This document shows positions 1 through 3,600 of a DNA stretch of 10,749 nucleotides, one piece after another. The stretch lies in contig NZ_JAYKGW010000099.1 in assembly GCF_035285525.1 (NCBI RefSeq), forward strand, positions 1-10,749. The letters run 5' to 3'. Made by a program: the position numbers and the translations under genes. Source of the DNA: Okeania sp. (lineage in GTDB: Bacteria > Cyanobacteriota > Cyanobacteriia > Cyanobacteriales > Microcoleaceae). Every line of letters begins with the position of its first letter. Position 1 is the first letter of the stretch. The notes beneath the pieces were generated by a model, which saw nothing but the letters and a program-made list of their open reading frames with translations, was not told where the DNA came from and did not search any database.

Positions 1-157
1 CTAATTCATTAAAAGAAGGAAAACTATTACGCATCAGTTTAATAATTACTGGTTCACCATCTGCTTTAGTCACTCCACGATAGACAACAGTTCTCGAACT
101 CTCATGTATTAACTTCCTAGTTTCATAGTTATTTAAAGATATTATAGTTAAGTTCAT
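1..157 (-). CDS. 5' end (first 52 codons) of a third paralogous Ser/Thr-kinase/STAND-NTPase/GAF/His-kinase gene (copy A); the rest lies beyond the window start
   Basis: The reverse complement of 157..1 starts with ATG (155-157 is CAT on +). It translates to MNLTIISLNNYETRKLIHESSRTVVYRGVTKADGEPVIIKLMRNSFPSFNEL. This is colinear with the N-terminus of the 651..6146 product (MSITIKSLNNYKIRDLIHESSRTVVYSGLTKADGEPVIIKLMRNNFPSFNEL). Nt 1..157 align without gaps to 5990..6146 with 17 mismatches by my count. It is absent from the ORF track because the window edge cuts it. Confidence 0.85.
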   Translation of the reverse strand, partial: MNLTIISLNNYETRKLIHESSRTVVYRGVTKADGEPVIIKLMRNSFPSFNEL

Positions 158-195
158 AGTCCTGATTTATAAATTTAATTATTAAGGTCAGGACT
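158..195. repeat. Perfect 8-bp inverted repeat (AGTCCTGA / TCAGGACT) with a 22-nt AT-rich loop, directly abutting the copy A start codon
   Basis: 158-165 agtcctga is the exact reverse complement of 188-195 tcaggact. The arm at 188-195 overlaps the left terminal repeat of the adjacent MITE-like element. AGTCCT also recurs at 330-335. Confidence 0.6.
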
Positions 196-337
196 TACGC
201 ATGAGGAACGCAATTTTCTTGGCTTGAGATTGCTATCCTGACGGACAGCGACCCATTCATGTCGCGGAGCGAAACGCTGTCGCTGGCGCTGCAAGTCGCG
301 CAATGACAAAAAGACGTTGCGCGTGCGTAAGTCCTAA
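188..337. mobile_element. MITE-like, GC-rich, non-coding palindromic element (~150 bp) with imperfect terminal inverted repeats
   Basis: 190-201 aggacttacgca is the exact reverse complement of 324-335 tgcgtaagtcct. With mismatches the inverted repeat extends to about 188-210 / 315-337. AGG lies on both flanks (185-187 and 338-340) and could be a 3-bp target duplication. The interior is much more GC-rich than its surroundings and is full of nested stems (e.g. cagcgac 246-252 / gtcgctg 279-285; attgc 229-233 / gcaat 300-304). No ORF of meaningful length is present. Confidence 0.45.
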
Positions 338-359
338 AGGTAATATTTTAATTTCTTTT

Positions 360-365
360 ATTATA
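360..365 (-). promoter_or_regulatory. Candidate -10 hexamer (TATAAT on the minus strand) upstream of copy A; motif match only
   Basis: Plus-strand attata at 360-365 reads TATAAT on the minus strand. No convincing -35 is present (TTTTAG at 17-bp spacing). The region is AT-rich, so a chance match is quite possible. If real, the MITE-like element would lie inside the copy A 5' leader. Confidence 0.15.
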
Positions 366-461
366 CGCTATGTACAACTTTACTAAAAATAATCAGCATT
401 TCTGGGTTTTTAGTGGTGACACAACTTTCCTGGTTGTTACAGCAAACGAAGGCTGTGTTAC

Positions 462-506
462 AAAAAAAACACAACTTTTCTGGTTGTTACAGCTGGTAAG
501 GCTGTG
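462..506 (-). terminator. Third, weaker terminator-like hairpin plus U8 (array unit 2)
   Basis: Positions 470-475 pair with 501-506 (6 bp including 1 G.U). After a mismatch, 477-478 pair with 498-499. The complement of A462-A469 follows. The stem is short and AU-rich at its base. Confidence 0.25.
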
Positions 507-510
507 TTAC

Positions 511-554
511 AAAAAAACACAGCCTTCCTAGTTTTTATAGCTGGGAAGCCTATG
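511..554 (-). terminator. Second terminator-like hairpin plus U7 (array unit 3)
   Basis: Positions 518-528 pair with 544-554: 9 Watson-Crick pairs, 1 G.U and 1 G-G mismatch on the minus-sense RNA, followed by the complement of A511-A517. Confidence 0.3.
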
Positions 555-558
555 TTAC

Positions 559-602
559 AAAAAAACACAAACTTCCTGGTTGTTATAGCTGGGAAGCCTG
601 TG
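559..602 (-). terminator. Intrinsic-terminator-like hairpin plus U7 (array unit 4); first such structure downstream of the 651..6146 stop codon
   Basis: Minus-sense RNA: CACAGGCUUCC-[15-nt loop]-GGAAGUUUGUG-UUUUUUU. Positions 566-576 pair with 592-602: 9 Watson-Crick pairs plus 2 G.U on the gene strand, versus 2 A.C mismatches on the other strand. The U-tract is the complement of A559-A565. Confidence 0.4.
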
Positions 603-623
603 TTACAATCAATTCTTTCTTCC

Positions 624-651
624 TACTCCCTACTCCCTACTCCCTGTTCCC
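624..651. repeat. STRR-like heptanucleotide tandem repeat (TACTCCC x3 + TGTTCCC), last unit overlapping the stop codon of 651..6146
   Basis: tactccc occurs at 624-630, 631-637 and 638-644, and tgttccc at 645-651. C651 is the third base (G on the minus strand) of the TAG stop codon. Confidence 0.8.
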
Positions 652-3600
652 TAAGTTAAAGGTAAAGTAATAATAAATTTTGTGCCCTTACCCAACTCTG
701 AGACACAATCTATTGTACCACCATGTTTCTCCACCACTATTTGACGAACTATTGCCAATCCTAATCCTGTTCCCTTACCCACACCCTTGGTGGTAAATAA
801 ATGGTCAAATATTCTTGCCTTCACCTCTGGTGTCATCCCCTTTCCATTATCCTCAATTATAATTTTGACTACATTTTTTTTAGTCAGTAATGCTGTTTTA
901 ATAGTAATTTTCTGAGGTTGAGCTTCAATCTCTGAATAAGATAAATTCTGAGCAACTTCATCAAAAACATCTATCCCATTGGCAATAATATTCATAAACA
1001 CCTGATTCAGTTGTCCGGGAAAACACTCCACTTCCGAAAAATCCCCATAGTCTTTAATGACTTGAATTTCCGGTCGCTCCTGATTAGCTTTGAGTCGATA
1101 TTTCAGAATCATTAAGGTACTATCAATTCCCTGGTGTATGTCGGCAATAACTTTATATTCTGTATCCGCGCGGGAAAAAGTGCGCAAACTGGTACTCAGA
1201 TTTTTAATTCTCTCGGTAGCATTTTTCATTGAACTGAGAAGTTTAGGCATATCTTCACACAAATAATCTAAGTCTATTTCCTCAGCATTTTCTTCTATAA
1301 CTTCGGCTGTATCAGGATAGTTTAGTTGATAGTGATTTTGATAGATATTGAGATGCTCTAAAATATCATGTAAATTCTCCTGAGCATGCTTAATACTGCC
1401 GTTGAGAAAGCCCAGAGGATTATTAATTTCATGGGCAACCCCGGCCATTAAATTACCTAAAGAAGCCATTTTTTCATATTGCACTATCTGGAGTTGAGAT
1501 TGTTCTAACTTTTGAGAGTAAGCTTGAGATTGTTCATAGAGACGGGCATTTTCTAGAGCAATAGCAGCTTGAGTACAGAGGAAGTTGAGAATAACAACTC
1601 GCTCTCTAGTAAACGCACCACTGACTAAGAAATTTTTCAGGTACAAAATACCAATTAAATGTCCTTGGTTGAGAATGGGTAAACACAATACACTCTTAGG
1701 TTTCTTTTGCAGTAAATATCTGTCAATGATAGGTAAATCCGTCTCTAAATCGTTAACGACTACAGTTTCTTGAGTATTTTTGACATATTGGATAAGTTTG
1801 ATTGGTACATTGGGATGATTTTCTAGAGGTTGAGAACAGATTTCTGTTGATTCGGGGTTAGCAATGGCTTCAACAAACCATTCTTCCTGACTATTGGGTA
1901 AAATTAAAACACAGCGATTTCCTCCAGAATGTTGGAGAATAATCTGAGTCAGTTGACGCAATAATTCATCCAGCTCAATGATTCCAGAAATTGCTTGAGA
2001 AGCTTTGAGTACAGTTGCCAAGTCAAGAGTGTTATTGAGACTGCTAGTGGAAGATTGGCTAGAAGTAATAGAATCTTGGATAATAGTGGAGAGAGTTTCC
2101 AGAGGATCTAATGTTTGTGCTACTCGCTCTAATATCGGACGGAGTAAGTCAGGATAGCGTTTTTCTAAGTCGTCAGTTTTTGCTTTCGCACCCCAACGGG
2201 CATAACAATAATAGGCTTCTTGCATATATACAGAGGCAATTTTTTCTTTACCCCAGTCAAGGTAGAATTTAGCTGCCAGTTCATTAGCGATCGCTTCTTC
2301 TTGGATATATTCGTTTTCTTTTGCTCCTGCTATGGCGCGGTCGTACATCTCGATCGCTTCAGTCTTTGCTCCCAGAAGACGATGCTTTTCAGCTTCTACT
2401 ATGTCGTATTTGTGCTGAAAATTTGTAGGAGCAAATTCTGCCCAATTTTTCAATTGGCTTTGATTAGCAGCAATGCGATCGCTCTTTTCTGGATCTAATT
2501 TACCACTAGCTAGCAATGCTAAACTGTAATAAAAATTATGTTCTGAGGCATAAAGAGTACCTCTGGCAGCTTCTCGATACTGCCAACCTTGTTCTCCTGC
2601 ATTCAATGCTCCTACATAATCTTCAAATAAATAAGCAAGTCGTGTTTGAGCTTCATAAAAGCAGAGAACTAAAAACATAATTTTATTCTCTAAACATTGG
2701 GATAAAAACTTTTCCCCATCTAATATCGTTCCTTGTAAAAACTGAGGTTCTTCAGTTTCTCCCAGAAGATTGCTCACAGCTTGCTGATTAATGCGGAGAA
2801 AGCCTTCGTGAAATTCGTATTTGGCTTTAACAATGACTGGGAGATATCTTTCTTGAGCTTGATGTACATTATCTAAGGGACTACCACTATAAAATAGATA
2901 GTTACAATAATGAACAGCAGCATAAAAAGCATATTCTACATCTCCATGATCGAATCCACCTTGAATAGCTTGAGGAAGATCGGCAACTGCATTTTGTAGA
3001 CGATCTTTCCAAGGACGAACAAAAACATTAAACATATTGCTGACCTTGGCAAAAAAGCTGCGGGCGTTAAATTTTTCTAATAGTTGTAAAGATAACTTAC
3101 CAAACTCGTATCCTGCTTCTATTTCTCCATAAACTCCACATAAAAGTGCCCCATACCAACTATAAGCTGAAGCAGCCAGGGGAGAATGACCGTATTTCAT
3201 GCAATGTCGAACCGTGTGCATAACAATCGCGGGAAAAGTGCTAGCATTCACAATATAAGCAGCAGAAGTAGCATTAGTCAAAATCCGAACTGCTGCTAGT
3301 TTTTCTTGGTCGTTAACTTCTGTCAGGGTGACAAGATTGGCAATATCTTCAGTCGGCAATGCAATATCTTCCCGGAGTTGTTTGATTTCTGCTGCAATTG
3401 ATTTTGGCTCTTGAGATATATTGATATCCAACATGGAGAGAACATCAAGAGCCAGAGAAATCGCCTCATTCATTTTATTTTGATTGATTTCAAACAAAAT
3501 TTGCAATTCATAAATCTTGATGCGGTCTAGCAAAGTTTGGGCTTTTTCTAATGTCTCTTGAGAGAGTTGTTGGGCAACTTCCAAGTTATGATTAAAATAT

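Larger units (their letters stand above)
416..608. repeat. Tandem array of four diverged ~48-50-bp palindromic units separated by A7-8 (T7-8 on the gene strand)
   Basis: Units on +: 420-469 CACAACTTTCCTGGTTGTTACAGCAAACGAAGGCTGTGTTACAAAAAAAA; 470-517 CACAACTTTTCTGGTTGTTACAGCTGGTAAGGCTGTGTTACAAAAAAA; 518-565 CACAGCCTTCCTAGTTTTTATAGCTGGGAAGCCTATGTTACAAAAAAA; 566-608 CACAAACTTCCTGGTTGTTATAGCTGGGAAGCCTGTGTTACAA. In each unit the first ~11 nt pair with the ~11 nt preceding TTACA. The same unit type recurs at 6322..6445. Confidence 0.85.

Noticed and set aside
436-607. Phased GTTACA/GTTATA hexamers (starting at 436, 457, 486, 506, 535, 554, 582, 602) resembling half-sites of the cyanobacterial HLR1 (RpaB) motif; also a search for NtcA sites (GTA-N8-TAC), since a related kinase gene pair is reported to be NtcA-regulated
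   Set aside because: Spacing alternates at ~20 and ~29 bp rather than the ~10-bp direct-repeat spacing of HLR1. The hexamers are fully explained as parts of the palindrome arms. I found no GTA-N8-TAC in either spacer; the closest is GTA-N6-TAC at 372-383. A protein-binding role cannot be excluded but is not supported.
416-608. CRISPR interpretation of the regularly spaced repeats at 416..608 and 6322..6445
   Set aside because: The units abut each other with only A-runs between them, so there are no unique spacers. The whole period repeats, the units are internally palindromic over ~40 nt, and no cas genes or leader are visible. These are tandem palindromic repeats, not a CRISPR array.
416-608. 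NsiR1-like tandem small-RNA gene array with one promoter per unit
   Set aside because: I see no repeated -35/-10 pair or DIF-type TCCGGA motif in the units; only the degenerate TATAAC/TATAAA in units 3-4. I keep it as an alternative hypothesis to test with RNA data, but it is not supported enough to annotate ncRNA genes.
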